Source: a virus
Taxonomy: Duplodnaviria; Caudoviricetes
Length of the DNA stretch: 56,583 nt
IMG/VR virus record: IMGVR_UViG_3300049182_000084
Span: 1-56,583 of that record
Reading direction: 5' to 3' (one strand)
The notes below the pieces were generated by a model. The model worked only from the letters and a program-made list of their open reading frames with translations, had not been told where the DNA came from and did not search any database. The translations under genes and the position numbers were made by a program. Below, piece by piece: positions 1-8,452 of this stretch (the first letter of the stretch is position 1; each line of letters starts with the position of its first letter).

Positions 1-821
1 AGGCGCGCCTGCTCGGCGCGGGCCGCGGCCTGCTGGCGCTCCAGCTCGGCTCGCTCGGCCGCCAGGCGCTCGGCTTCGGCGCGCTGCTCGGCAGCGATGC
101 GCTCGCGCTCCACGCGCTGGCGCTCCTCTTCCGCGGCACGCAGGCGGGCCAGCTCCTCGCGCTCCGCGGCGATCCGCGCGGCTTCGGCCTCGCGCTCCAG
201 CGCCGCGGCGTGCATCCGACGCAGTTGGGCCAGCGTCTCGTCCTTGGCGGCCTTGGCCTGTTCCTGGAACTCCTCGAACTCGGGGCCGGTGCTCAGGCGC
301 TCGACGTCGCGGATGTGCTCGGCGATGTTCGCGGAGCCGCACCAGGACGCCGCTGCAATCGCGCCGCGGATCTCGGCGATGGCTTCCTGCCGCGCGGCGA
401 CGCGCCGCTGCTCCTGCTCGATCTTGGCCTGCTTCTCGGCCTCGCGCCGCGCCTCCTCGGCCTTGATCTGGTCGTCGTAGTTGGACTCGCCCTCGATCAG
501 CAGGCCGGTGATGTACGACGCACGCGCATCGATGTCGCGGCCCAGGGCCAGCACCGGCGCCTTCGCGGCCTTGCGCGCCTTCTCGACCGCGATGCGCGGG
601 TCGCGCCACGCCGCCCGGCCGGCGATCGCCTCCTTCATGCCCTTCGGCGTGGTCACGTCGCACGCGAGGTTCTTCGGGTGCGCCTTCTCGAGCGCGGCCA
701 GGCCGGCGCTGATCTTGTCGAACTCGCTCAGCGCGCCTTCGACCTGGTCGATGCTCTTGCGGATGGCCAGCGCGGTCTGGTCGACGGCGGGCGCCGGGGT
801 CTCGATGGTGTCGGTGGTCAT
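1..821 (-). CDS. Coiled-coil early protein, 5' part (runs off the left end)
   Basis: Own translation from ATG 821: MTTDTIETPAPAVDQTALAIRK...EEARREAEKQAK..., E/A/R-rich, no stop before base 1. Not in the ORF track. Confidence 0.8.
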   Translation of the reverse strand, partial: MTTDTIETPAPAVDQTALAIRKSIDQVEGALSEFDKISAGLAALEKAHPKNLACDVTTPKGMKEAIAGRAAWRDPRIAVEKARKAAKAPVLALGRDIDARASYITGLLIEGESNYDDQIKAEEARREAEKQAKIEQEQRRVAARQEAIAEIRGAIAAASWCGSANIAEHIRDVERLSTGPEFEEFQEQAKAAKDETLAQLRRMHAAALEREAEAARIAAEREELARLRAAEEERQRVERERIAAEQRAEAERLAAERAELERQQAAARAEQAR

Positions 822-1039
822 AGTCCGTTCGTTTCCTTGGTGAGTCGCCGCGTCAGCGCGTCGATGTGCTTGCGATCGATCGCGATCTGCGCCGGCAGGT
901 GCTTGCTCGCGTGCTCGAACATCGCCTGGTGCTGGCGCAGGTCCTTCTCCGCATGCGAGATGAGCCAGCGCAGGTAGGCACAGCGCAGCCGAGCGACCAG
1001 GCGCATGCGCAGCGGCCGGCGGGTGGGAGTCAGGACCAT
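818..1039 (-). CDS. Hypothetical early protein (73 aa)
   Basis: MVLTPTRRPLRMRL...; start and stop overlap both neighbours. Confidence 0.6.
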   Translation of the reverse strand: MVLTPTRRPLRMRLVARLRCAYLRWLISHAEKDLRQHQAMFEHASKHLPAQIAIDRKHIDALTRRLTKETNGL

Positions 1040-1218
1040 CACGATGCGAACTCCAGCGCCCACCCCATCGGCGGGAACAGCCACGCGCATGCGCCGATCG
1101 TTGCGACGATGACGACGGCCAGCACGAGCAGCACCTGCGGGTCGTCGAGCATCGGCCACTCGTCGACGGTGTCGTTCGCCGGCTCGGCCGAATCGAAGCG
1201 GGCAGGGCGCGCGCTCAT
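1039..1218 (-). CDS. Small membrane protein (59 aa)
   Basis: Own translation MSARPARFDSAEPANDTVDEWPMLDDPQVLLVLAVVIVATIGACAWLFPPMGWALEFAS; one TM segment; overlapping start and stop. Confidence 0.65.
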   Translation of the reverse strand: MSARPARFDSAEPANDTVDEWPMLDDPQVLLVLAVVIVATIGACAWLFPPMGWALEFAS

Positions 1219-1463
1219 GACAGCGCCTCACGCTCGTCGTACAGCGCGCCGGCCTGGCTATCGAGCCAGAGTGCCGGGCCCGGATAGCTGAGGGTGTCGG
1301 CGAGCCGTGGCGTGAAGGTCGCGCCACGCGGCCAGTGCCACCACTCGCGCTGCCCCCTCGCGATGAGGGTGGCTTCGCGATGCGTACAAGCATCGACAGG
1401 GATGCGCGAGTGCTCGTTCTCCATGGAGTCGTGCACGATGACGATGAAGCGCTTCGTGTCCAT
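1215..1463 (-). CDS. Hypothetical early protein (82 aa)
   Basis: MDTKRFIVIVHDS...; GGAGG upstream; coupled to neighbours. Confidence 0.65.
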   Translation of the reverse strand: MDTKRFIVIVHDSMENEHSRIPVDACTHREATLIARGQREWWHWPRGATFTPRLADTLSYPGPALWLDSQAGALYDEREALS

Positions 1464-1606
1464 CACGCCTCCAGCAAGGTGTCGTCCATCGCCTCGCACT
1501 CGGTAGCGCTCAGAACGATGGGCCGCGCGTACTCGGGGGCGGCGGGCTCCGCCTCCACCACGGGCGTGCGTTCGGCTTGCGCCGATTCGAAGGTGGTCGT
1601 GCTCAC
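1463..1606 (-). CDS. Small acidic protein (47 aa)
   Basis: GTG start, MSTTTFESAQAERTPVVEAEPAAPEYARPIVLSATECEAMDDTLLEA; fills the gap with overlapping start and stop. Confidence 0.55.
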   Translation of the reverse strand: MSTTTFESAQAERTPVVEAEPAAPEYARPIVLSATECEAMDDTLLEA

Positions 1607-1971
1607 AGGTCATCTCCTACTGCATGCCGGTGATAGGCGGCGTGGGTCTTCGCGACTCGAGCAACCATCTCGGCCGCACGCAGCTGCACGTCCTCGCCGC
1701 GCTTCGCATCGCGCAGAAACCGCACGAATTCGCTCGCCCGCTCGTCATCGCCGAACAGCGCGTCGCACAGCACCTGGGACAGCGTCGAGTCGTAGCCGTA
1801 GTCCGGTGTGCGGATCTCGGCAGAGGCGTCGCCCGCTTCGACTGCGGCGAAGAACTCGGCCAGCAGCTCGTCATAGGCATCGGCTGCCAGCCCGGCGCGC
1901 CGGGCTGCTGCGTCATCGATGGCGCGCATGGCGCGGGGAGTGATGCGCAGGTTGTCAACGGTCATGCTCAT
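1603..1971 (-). CDS. Hypothetical early protein
   Basis: MSMTVDNLRITPRAMRAIDD...; ATGA overlap with the upstream gene. Confidence 0.7.
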   Translation of the reverse strand: MSMTVDNLRITPRAMRAIDDAAARRAGLAADAYDELLAEFFAAVEAGDASAEIRTPDYGYDSTLSQVLCDALFGDDERASEFVRFLRDAKRGEDVQLRAAEMVARVAKTHAAYHRHAVGDDL

Positions 1972-2180
1972 TTCGCCATCCCCTTGCACGCCACGCCGAT
2001 GTTCATCGGGTCCAGCGTGATCGCGTGCTCGATGTGTGCTTCCAAGAAGCGCTGGGCTTCGGCCTGCGTCGCGAACGATTCGCAGGTGATCTCCTTGCCG
2101 GCGTACTTCGCCAGCGGGTCAGCGGCGCAGGCGGTGAGCGCCAGCGTGATCGCCGCAAGAAGCCTTCCCCTGTGTGCCAT
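1968..2180 (-). CDS. Small lipoprotein with Excalibur-like domain
   Basis: Signal peptide with lipobox LTAC, then CESFATQAEAQRFL...LDPMNIGVAC. Confidence 0.7.
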   Translation of the reverse strand: MAHRGRLLAAITLALTACAADPLAKYAGKEITCESFATQAEAQRFLEAHIEHAITLDPMNIGVACKGMAK

Positions 2181-2224
2181 CTCTGCTCCCATCTCCGCTG
2201 TGCGGTGTGCCGTCGATGGCTTGA

Positions 2225-2264
2225 AGTATAGAGAAGCTAGACCTTGTGTCAAGAGAAGCTTGAC
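2225..2264 (-). promoter_or_regulatory. PL-type sigma70 promoter with two overlapping operators (OL)
   Basis: Minus strand TTGACA (2252-2247)-N16-TATACT (2230-2225). Operators GTATAG-AGAAG-CTAGAC (2226-2242) and GTCAAG-AGAAG-CTTGAC (2248-2264). Confidence 0.85.
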
Positions 2265-2273
2265 ACGTCCAGT

Positions 2274-2300
2274 AAAGAAAAACCCGCATCAGCGGGCTTT
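2274..2300 (-). terminator. Intrinsic terminator of the cI operon
   Basis: Minus strand CCCGC-TGAT-GCGGG followed by TTTTTCTTT. Confidence 0.7.
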
Positions 2301-2329
2301 GCACGGGTGGCGGAACGGGCCCCGGCGTT

Positions 2330-2641
2330 CTATCGAGATCCGAAGTAGGCGAGCGCCGTGAGGATCCCAGCCGTCAATGCGATGCCTCTCAGTGGCAAAC
2401 GCACGTCACGCTTTCGGCCGCCTGGCGGAGCGGGAATGACAGCCCAGCACACAAGGCCGATGACCAGGCCCCAGAAGATTGGGGGCGTGAAGTAGAAGGC
2501 GAACCACTCCGACCAATGCGCGTTGCCCATGCTGGCAGGCATGCGAACCAGCGCATTGATGACGCCCATCGCCGCGAGTGCCGCGCAGAAGTAAGCGCGA
2601 CGCCGCCACAGCGGGGCGCTGTCGCTATTCGTTTCCTCCAC
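2330..2641 (-). CDS. Membrane protein (about 3 TM) in the repressor operon
   Basis: GTG start; hydrophobic segments AYFCAALAAMGVINAL, FWGLVIGLVCWAVI, IALTAGILTALAYF. Confidence 0.65.
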   Translation of the reverse strand: MEETNSDSAPLWRRRAYFCAALAAMGVINALVRMPASMGNAHWSEWFAFYFTPPIFWGLVIGLVCWAVIPAPPGGRKRDVRLPLRGIALTAGILTALAYFGSR

Positions 2642-2870
2642 GGATCCTCCCGGCCAGTTGGTCGTCAAGGGCAGCCACGCACCCGCGCGCCCAGGTCGCA
2701 TTGCGGTACATCTCGCCGGCAGCGTTCGTGATGTAGGCGCGCTTGCGCAGTGCCGCGGCGAAAGCAACGCCGATGACCTCACCCCTGCGCGCGTGCTGCA
2801 GCAGCGCCTCGAGACACTTCACCGTGTCGTGCGATACCGTGTCCGGGATGAGCACAAAGGGCGCCTTCAC
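2625..2870 (-). CDS. Hypothetical protein coupled to cI (81 aa)
   Basis: GTGA overlap with the repressor stop; MKAPFVLIPDTVSHDTVKCLEALL... Confidence 0.7.
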   Translation of the reverse strand: MKAPFVLIPDTVSHDTVKCLEALLQHARRGEVIGVAFAAALRKRAYITNAAGEMYRNATWARGCVAALDDQLAGRIRGGNE

Positions 2871-3367
2871 TTCTTGCCCTTCGGGGGCTTCGGCAGGTCG
2901 TCCAGGCCGCCGAACCCGGACATGCCGCCCATGTGCTCACCGCCGCGGCCGCGCTTGGCGGCCTGGATGCGGCGCTCGTACATCGTCTCGGCGAATTCCT
3001 TCATGCCGGCGAGCTCGGCACGCAGCTCCTCGATGCGCTTGGCGAGCACGGGGTTGGCCATCGCATCCTTGATGTCCTGCAGCAGCGCCCAGTCGCTGTC
3101 CGTGACGGTGTGGCGGTCGCGGAAGTCTCCTGGCGGTGCTGGTGGGGGTGGAGCGACCTCGCGGCCCTTGCTGGTCGCGACGTCGTTGGCCAGCAGTGGG
3201 TATCCCGTCACTTCGCTGATGATTTGCAGCTGGCCGAAGCTCGGCTCGTGGTGACCGTTCTCCCACGCCGATACGTTGCCCTTGGTGACGTGCAGCTTGT
3301 CGCCAAGCTGCTGCTGCGTCAGCCCCTTGTGAGTACGGGCTGCGCGCACCCACTTCGATAGCTCCAT
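2867..3367 (-). CDS. cI: Phage repressor, XRE-family HTH, no S24 peptidase domain
   Basis: MELSKWVRAARTHKGLTQQQLGDKLHVTKGNVSAWENGHHEP is an HTH_3 pattern; divergent from cro across three operators. Confidence 0.85.
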   Translation of the reverse strand: MELSKWVRAARTHKGLTQQQLGDKLHVTKGNVSAWENGHHEPSFGQLQIISEVTGYPLLANDVATSKGREVAPPPPAPPGDFRDRHTVTDSDWALLQDIKDAMANPVLAKRIEELRAELAGMKEFAETMYERRIQAAKRGRGGEHMGGMSGFGGLDDLPKPPKGKK

Positions 3368-3373
3368 CCCTGA

Positions 3374-3442
3374 ATCGTAAAGAGCGCCTGTACTGGACGG
3401 GGCGAGGTTTTCTTGACCTTCAGTGTCCAGAAAACCTATACT
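3374..3442. promoter_or_regulatory. OR region: three operators, PR and a probable leaderless PRM
   Basis: GTAAAG-N5-CTGTAC (3377), GGCGAG-N5-CTTGAC (3401), GTCCAG-N5-CTATAC (3425), 24-bp period. PR TTGACC (3413)-N18-TATACT (3437). Minus-strand TACGAT 6 nt before the cI ATG. Confidence 0.85.
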
Positions 3443-3469
3443 GACGGGAGACCGACAGGAATAGGCGCA

Positions 3470-3850
3470 ATGGACGACATCAAGCACCCCATCGACCGAG
3501 CAGCCGACATCGTCGGTTCGCAGGTGGCACTCGCAAGCCTGCTGGGCGTCAGCAAGGCGGCCGTCAACCAGTGGAAGGACCCCGGTCGCAAGGTGCCTGC
3601 CGAGAAGTGCCCGGCGATCGAAAAGGCCACCGGTGGCGCCGTGAGATGCGAAGACCTGCGGCCGGATGTCGCGTGGGGCGTGTTGCGCGAGCAGGCGCCG
3701 GAAACGCCTCAGGACGCGCAGTCTCAGGCCGAGCGCGCCGCGGCCTCGCTCCACCGCGAGATCGAGGCCATCGTCTACGGTGCGACGGCACGGCCCGGCT
3801 CGCACAGCGAGAGCGAGCGGCCCACCAAGCCAGGCAGCGAGCGGCGCTAG
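3470..3850 (+). CDS. cro: Cro/YdaS-like regulator with C-terminal extension
   Basis: RAADIVGSQVALASLLGVSKAAVNQW...VPAEKCPAIEKATGGAVRCEDLRPDVAW. Confidence 0.85.
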   Translation: MDDIKHPIDRAADIVGSQVALASLLGVSKAAVNQWKDPGRKVPAEKCPAIEKATGGAVRCEDLRPDVAWGVLREQAPETPQDAQSQAERAAASLHREIEAIVYGATARPGSHSESERPTKPGSERR

Positions 3851-3873
3851 GCCTGAGGGCAGGGCATGCGCGC

Positions 3874-3996
3874 TCACGTCCTGCGCTCCAGCTGCAGCAC
3901 CAGCGTCGCGTGCAGGTCATCCACTGCTTTGCGCAAGAACGCCGCCACTGCGCGGCGCGCCCATTCGAGGGGTTCGAGGGATTCGTTGTCGGCCAT
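3874..3996 (-). CDS. Small antisense protein between cro and cII-like gene (40 aa)
   Basis: Own translation MADNESLEPLEWARRAVAAFLRKAVDDLHATLVLQLERRT; AGGA upstream. Confidence 0.45.
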   Translation of the reverse strand: MADNESLEPLEWARRAVAAFLRKAVDDLHATLVLQLERRT

Positions 3997-4072
3997 GTTG
4001 TTGTCCTGCTGTCCTGGCCGGCAGTGTGTTTTTTTTGTCTCGCTTTGAGACGTTCACAGACGGCACGACGAC

Positions 4073-4474
4073 ATGACATCTGTTCCGCGAGCCCCTCAGA
4101 TGACATTCAACTTCGAGCCGGCGCTGCCGGAGCGTTTCCCCACGTTGCGTCACTACTTGGCGCACCGCGTGGTGATCCACAGCAAGACGGCCAAGGTGAT
4201 CGCGGCCGACATGGACATGTCGCCTTCGCTTCTCACCCGCAAGCTCACCGCGGGGCAGAACCCGGACGACAAGGACACCCAGCGCCTCAACACCGAGGAC
4301 CTCGAGGACTACTTCAAGGCGACAGGCCCTGAAGAGGTGTCGGCGGTCATCGAGTACCTGGCGTCCAAGTACCTCGACAGCGACGAGCAGCGGCGCGCGC
4401 GCGTCATCTCTCGGCTGGAGGGCGTGCTGCCCGAGCTGGTCGGGATGCTTTCCGCGCTCAAGGCGGCCGCATGA
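4073..4474 (+). CDS. CII-like regulatory protein
   Basis: HTH-like KVIAADMDMSPSLLTRKL; position after cro. Confidence 0.65.
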   Translation: MTSVPRAPQMTFNFEPALPERFPTLRHYLAHRVVIHSKTAKVIAADMDMSPSLLTRKLTAGQNPDDKDTQRLNTEDLEDYFKATGPEEVSAVIEYLASKYLDSDEQRRARVISRLEGVLPELVGMLSALKAAA

Positions 4475-5178
4475 CCACCACCTACGTTCCCCAGCCCGGC
4501 TCGCTGCCAGCGCGAGCCATCGCATGGCTGCAGGCGCAGCCGACGGGCACCGAGGTCACCTCCTCACGGTGGGCCGAGCAGCTCGGCGCCGACGTCACCA
4601 AGCTCATCCTGGCCATGCAGACCGCGGTCGACAAGGGGGCGGTGCTGCGCTTCACCAAGCACGGGCAGACCAAGCCTTACTTCTACCGGCTGCCGGGGGA
4701 GCAGAAGCGATCGGTGGCGTGGGCTGCGCCGGGCGAGGGCGACGCCGAAGATGACGATGCGGGGGCGATGGTGCAGCGTGTGGTGCCCGCCGCGTCCTGC
4801 AAGGCCGAGATCCCGGACGACCCGCTGGCGGCGATGTTCCGCAAGAGCGATGCGCTGGCCAGCGGTGGCGAGCTTGGCCGCAAGCCGGGTGGCCCCTCGC
4901 ACTGGCGGGCGAACCCGCCGCCGATGATGAACACCCCAGGGCGGGACTCGCAACACGTTTTGAAGGCAGAGGCCGCAAGGCCCGACGCTACGGACCGCGA
5001 GATCCCCGCCAACGCCAGCCCGGTCGGCGGACCTATGGGCGTAGGGCAACCCGCCGCCGCGGGCCCAACGGTGGATCCCGACATCGAGATCCTGCTCAAG
5101 GTCCCGTGCCGCACCCTGCACGAGGCCGAGCGCGTCATGCAGTTCGTACGAAGCATGCGCGCGGGGGTGGCCGCTTGA
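4471..5178 (+). CDS. Hypothetical protein, possible N-terminal winged helix
   Basis: ATGA-coupled 235-aa ORF; folded-looking N-terminus and low-complexity middle. Confidence 0.65.
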   Translation: MTTTYVPQPGSLPARAIAWLQAQPTGTEVTSSRWAEQLGADVTKLILAMQTAVDKGAVLRFTKHGQTKPYFYRLPGEQKRSVAWAAPGEGDAEDDDAGAMVQRVVPAASCKAEIPDDPLAAMFRKSDALASGGELGRKPGGPSHWRANPPPMMNTPGRDSQHVLKAEAARPDATDREIPANASPVGGPMGVGQPAAAGPTVDPDIEILLKVPCRTLHEAERVMQFVRSMRAGVAA

Positions 5179-5348
5179 CCGACACCACGCTCCCCGATCC
5201 GCTGGTGCCGGCAGCAGCGCACGAGTTCGACAGCGCGTGGCGCCTGTACGAGGGCCGCAAGGCCGTCTACCTCGAGCGCAAGCCTGCCGCGACCCCGGAG
5301 GAGGTCGAGGCATTCTGCGCCGACCTGGCCGAGGAGTTCGGACTGTGA
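5175..5348 (+). CDS. Hypothetical protein (57 aa)
   Basis: TTG start overlapping the upstream stop; ...EEVEAFCADLAEEFGL. Confidence 0.55.
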   Translation: MTDTTLPDPLVPAAAHEFDSAWRLYEGRKAVYLERKPAATPEEVEAFCADLAEEFGL

Positions 5349-5457
5349 TGGATCGCGCCTGCCGCCTGTGCCGGTTCGCATGGCTGTGCGTGCTGCTGCG
5401 CAGCGTCGCTCGGGCCCGCTGGGTCATGGATTACGAAGATGCAGAAAGGCGCGCCGC

Positions 5458-7242
5458 ATGAACGCGCACGACTTGGCCCAGGCCATGGCGCAGGACGCCG
5501 CTGGCATCGCCGCCTACCTGCTGCCGAGAGGCAAGAAGGCCTCCGGCGAGTGGAAGGCGGGCTCCACGAACGGCGAGGAGGGGCAGAGCCTCTCAGTGCG
5601 CCTGACCGGTGCCAAGCGCGGCCTGTGGCGCGACTTCGCAGCCGACGAGGGAGGTGACCTGCTGGACCTGTGGGCCGCGGTGCGCAGCTTGTCGATCGCC
5701 GAGGCGATGGTCGAGGCGAAGGCCTACATGGGCATCCGCGACGACATGCCGCAGCGCGAGCGCCCGACGTACAAGCGGCCCGAGCGGCCGAAGTGCCGTG
5801 CACCGGAGTCCGCGGCGCGCCAGTGGCTCATGGGCCGCGGACTCACCGAGAAGACCCTGGCCGACTTCAAGATCGGCGAGCAGGCCAGGGACGGCAAGAC
5901 GATCGCCGTGTTCCCCTACCTGCGCGACGGCGAGCTGGTCAACGCCAAGTACCGCGACGTGGCCGACAAGCGGGGCATGCGCCAGGAGGCCGGCGCCGAG
6001 CCGTGCCTGTTCGGTTGGCACCTGATCGACCCGCGCGCGCGCAGCATCGCCATCACCGAGGGCGAGATCGACTGCATGACGCTGCACCAGGTCGGCATTC
6101 CGGCCCTGTCCGTCAACGCCGGCGCGGGCAACCACCAGTGGATCGAGAACGACTGGGACCGCCTGGAGCGCTTCTCCGAGATCTACGTCTGCTTCGACGA
6201 CGACGAGGCGGGCAGCAAGGGCGCCTCCGAGGTGATCCAGCGGCTGGGCGTCGAGCGGTGCAAGCTGGTGAAGTTCGGCGCCAAGGATGCCAACCAGTGG
6301 CTCCAGGACGGCGCCGGTGGCGAAGACTTCCACGCCGCGCTCAAGCAGGCCAAGCCGGTGGACCCGCAGGAGCTGGTGAGCATCGCCGACTTCTTCGGCC
6401 AGGTGAAGGCGCTGCTGTATCCCACGGCCGCCGACTCGCCTGTTCCGCGCCTGATGGTCGGCGACCGCTACGACGACGCCTTCGAGTTCCGCCCGGGGGA
6501 GCTGTCGGTGTGGACAGGCATCAACGGCCACGGCAAGAGCCTGATGCTCAACCAGGTGCTGATCGGCGTCATGGTGCAGGGCGAGCGGGTCTGCGTGTTC
6601 TCCGGCGAGATGCCACCCCCTGTGCAGGGCAAGCGCCTCGTGCGCCAGCTGAGCGGCAGCGCCCGGCCCAGCCCTGCCTACATCGACGCCATGCAGGCCT
6701 GGGTGCGCGACCGCATGTGGATCTTCAACACCGTGGGCTCGGCAACCATCGCACGCCTGCTCGAGGTCTTCCGCTACGCCGCCAAGCGCTACGGCATCAC
6801 CCATTTCGTGATCGACAGCCTCATGATGACCGACGTTCCCGAGGACGGCCCTGGCGCCTTCAGCGCGCAGAAGGATGCCATCCAGAAGCTCGCCACCTTC
6901 GCCAAAGCGAACCGGGCCCACGTCCATCTGGTGGCGCACCCACGCAAGGCGCGCGACGAGTCCGCGGCGCCCGGCAAGCTCGACGTCGGCGGCAGCGGCA
7001 AGATCACCGACGGCGCCGACAACGTGTTCAGCGTCTGGTCGGCCAGGCGCGAGGCAGAAGAGCAGGAGGACGACAAGGCCGACGCGCTGCTCGAGCTGCA
7101 CAAGCAGCGCAACGGGGAGGTGCAGCACCGCAAGTTCTGGCTGTTCTTCAACAAGGCGGCCATGCAGTTCTGCTCGAACTCGGCGCGCAAGCCGATCTCG
7201 TTCGTGCCCTTTGAGCAGGTGCCGGCGTGGGAGGTGGCATGA
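5458..7242 (+). CDS. Primase-helicase (TOPRIM plus DnaB/Twinkle-like SF4 helicase)
   Basis: TEGEID and CFDDDEAG TOPRIM motifs; Walker A GINGHGKS; FVIDSL; HLVAHPRK; KQRNG. Confidence 0.92.
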   Translation: MNAHDLAQAMAQDAAGIAAYLLPRGKKASGEWKAGSTNGEEGQSLSVRLTGAKRGLWRDFAADEGGDLLDLWAAVRSLSIAEAMVEAKAYMGIRDDMPQRERPTYKRPERPKCRAPESAARQWLMGRGLTEKTLADFKIGEQARDGKTIAVFPYLRDGELVNAKYRDVADKRGMRQEAGAEPCLFGWHLIDPRARSIAITEGEIDCMTLHQVGIPALSVNAGAGNHQWIENDWDRLERFSEIYVCFDDDEAGSKGASEVIQRLGVERCKLVKFGAKDANQWLQDGAGGEDFHAALKQAKPVDPQELVSIADFFGQVKALLYPTAADSPVPRLMVGDRYDDAFEFRPGELSVWTGINGHGKSLMLNQVLIGVMVQGERVCVFSGEMPPPVQGKRLVRQLSGSARPSPAYIDAMQAWVRDRMWIFNTVGSATIARLLEVFRYAAKRYGITHFVIDSLMMTDVPEDGPGAFSAQKDAIQKLATFAKANRAHVHLVAHPRKARDESAAPGKLDVGGSGKITDGADNVFSVWSARREAEEQEDDKADALLELHKQRNGEVQHRKFWLFFNKAAMQFCSNSARKPISFVPFEQVPAWEVA

Positions 7243-7523
7243 CGACCTGGACAGACCAGTTCGGCCGCGTGTGGAAGGTCCCGCAGATCAAGGGCCGGCT
7301 GAAGTTTCGATCCGCCGGCCACGCCGCCCTCAAGGCTTTCGTGATTTGGCGCGACGGCTCTCGGTGCCGCTCGTGCGGCTGCGCCGATCAAACCAAGCTG
7401 ATCGCCGACCACATCGTGTCGCGCCGCAATGGCGGCTCGCACCATCCCGACAACCTGCAGTGCCTGTGCGAGCCGTGCAACGCCCGCAAGTCATCGCTCG
7501 TCGATTCGAAAGGCGTCGCCTGA
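7239..7523 (+). CDS. HNH endonuclease
   Basis: RDGSRCRSCG...ADHIVSRRNGGSHHPDNLQCLCEPCNARK. Confidence 0.9.
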   Translation: MTTWTDQFGRVWKVPQIKGRLKFRSAGHAALKAFVIWRDGSRCRSCGCADQTKLIADHIVSRRNGGSHHPDNLQCLCEPCNARKSSLVDSKGVA

Positions 7524-8440
7524 TGGCCCGCGCTCGCAACATCAAGCCCGGCTTTTGCCGCAACGAGGACCTGGCCGAGTGCTCCGTCTGGGCGCGCCTT
7601 TGCTTCGCCCTGCTGCCAATGCTGGCCGACAGGGAGGGGCGCCTCGAGGACCGGCCGAAGAAGATCAAGGGCGATCTGTTCCCCTTCGATTCGGTGGAGG
7701 TCGAGCCGCTGCTGGTCGAGCTGGAACGCTGGCAGATGATCGCTCGATACACCGTCAACGGCCTCGGCTTGATCCAGATCCTGGGCTTCCGCAAGCACCA
7801 GAACCCGCACCACCGGGAACCCGAAAGCACGTTGCCACCCCACCCGAGCCTGAGGCTCGATGGGGATGGCAAGTACGTCAAGCCTGAGGCTTTGGATAGT
7901 TCGCATGAACCTAAAGCCTCAGGCAAGCCCGAGGCAAGCCCGAGGCTTGACCCCCCAAGAGTCGACTTGCCAAGGGGGTCGAACCCTGCTGATTCCGGAT
8001 TCCTGATTCCTGATTCCGGAGAAATACCTTCGGAAGCTATCGCTTCCGCCGCGGCTGCGCCGCCGGCACCACCTCCGCTGTCGGCTAAGGAGCGGGTCTG
8101 GCTGCTCGGTCCGCAGCTGCTCGGCGAGAAGGGGAAGGCGTTCATCGGCAAGCTGGTTTCGACCTACGGCGAGGACACGGTGGCCGACGTGCTGGCCGCG
8201 GCGATCCGCGAGGAGCCAGGCGAGCCCAAGAGCTGGGTGGCAGCCGCATGCGAGGCAAGGGGCAAGGCCCGGCCGCCAGACCGCAACGGCCACCAGCAGG
8301 AGCAGCTGGACCTGACCGCAAACCCGAAGCCGGAATGGGCCATCAAGGCCGGCTTCCCCAACCGCTTCGAAGCCGAGAACGCGGGGTGCAAGGAACGAAC
8401 CGCGCACCTCTTCCGCAACGGTCAACGCATCGCTGCCTGA
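7523..8440 (+). CDS. Replication initiator / replisome organiser
   Basis: MARARNIKPGFCRNEDLAECSVWARL...LADREGRLEDRPKKIK N-terminal domain typical of phage initiators; internal iterons. Confidence 0.75.
   Translation: MARARNIKPGFCRNEDLAECSVWARLCFALLPMLADREGRLEDRPKKIKGDLFPFDSVEVEPLLVELERWQMIARYTVNGLGLIQILGFRKHQNPHHREPESTLPPHPSLRLDGDGKYVKPEALDSSHEPKASGKPEASPRLDPPRVDLPRGSNPADSGFLIPDSGEIPSEAIASAAAAPPAPPPLSAKERVWLLGPQLLGEKGKAFIGKLVSTYGEDTVADVLAAAIREEPGEPKSWVAAACEARGKARPPDRNGHQQEQLDLTANPKPEWAIKAGFPNRFEAENAGCKERTAHLFRNGQRIAA
7880..8020. repeat. Iteron cluster, putative replication origin
   Basis: AAGCCYSAGGC at 7880, 7914, 7925, 7936; GATTCCK 7-mer four times at 7991-8018; inside the initiator gene as in lambda O. 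Confidence 0.7.
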
Positions 8441-8452
8441 CGGAACCCGACA

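Noticed and set aside
3441-3458. LexA box near PR (CTG...CAG)
   Set aside because: Spacing is N12, not the CTG-N10-CAG of the beta/gammaproteobacterial SOS box.
7880-8020. CRISPR array or mini-array
   Set aside because: Repeats are 7-11 bp and mostly tandem without spacers; they fit iterons. No cas genes seen.
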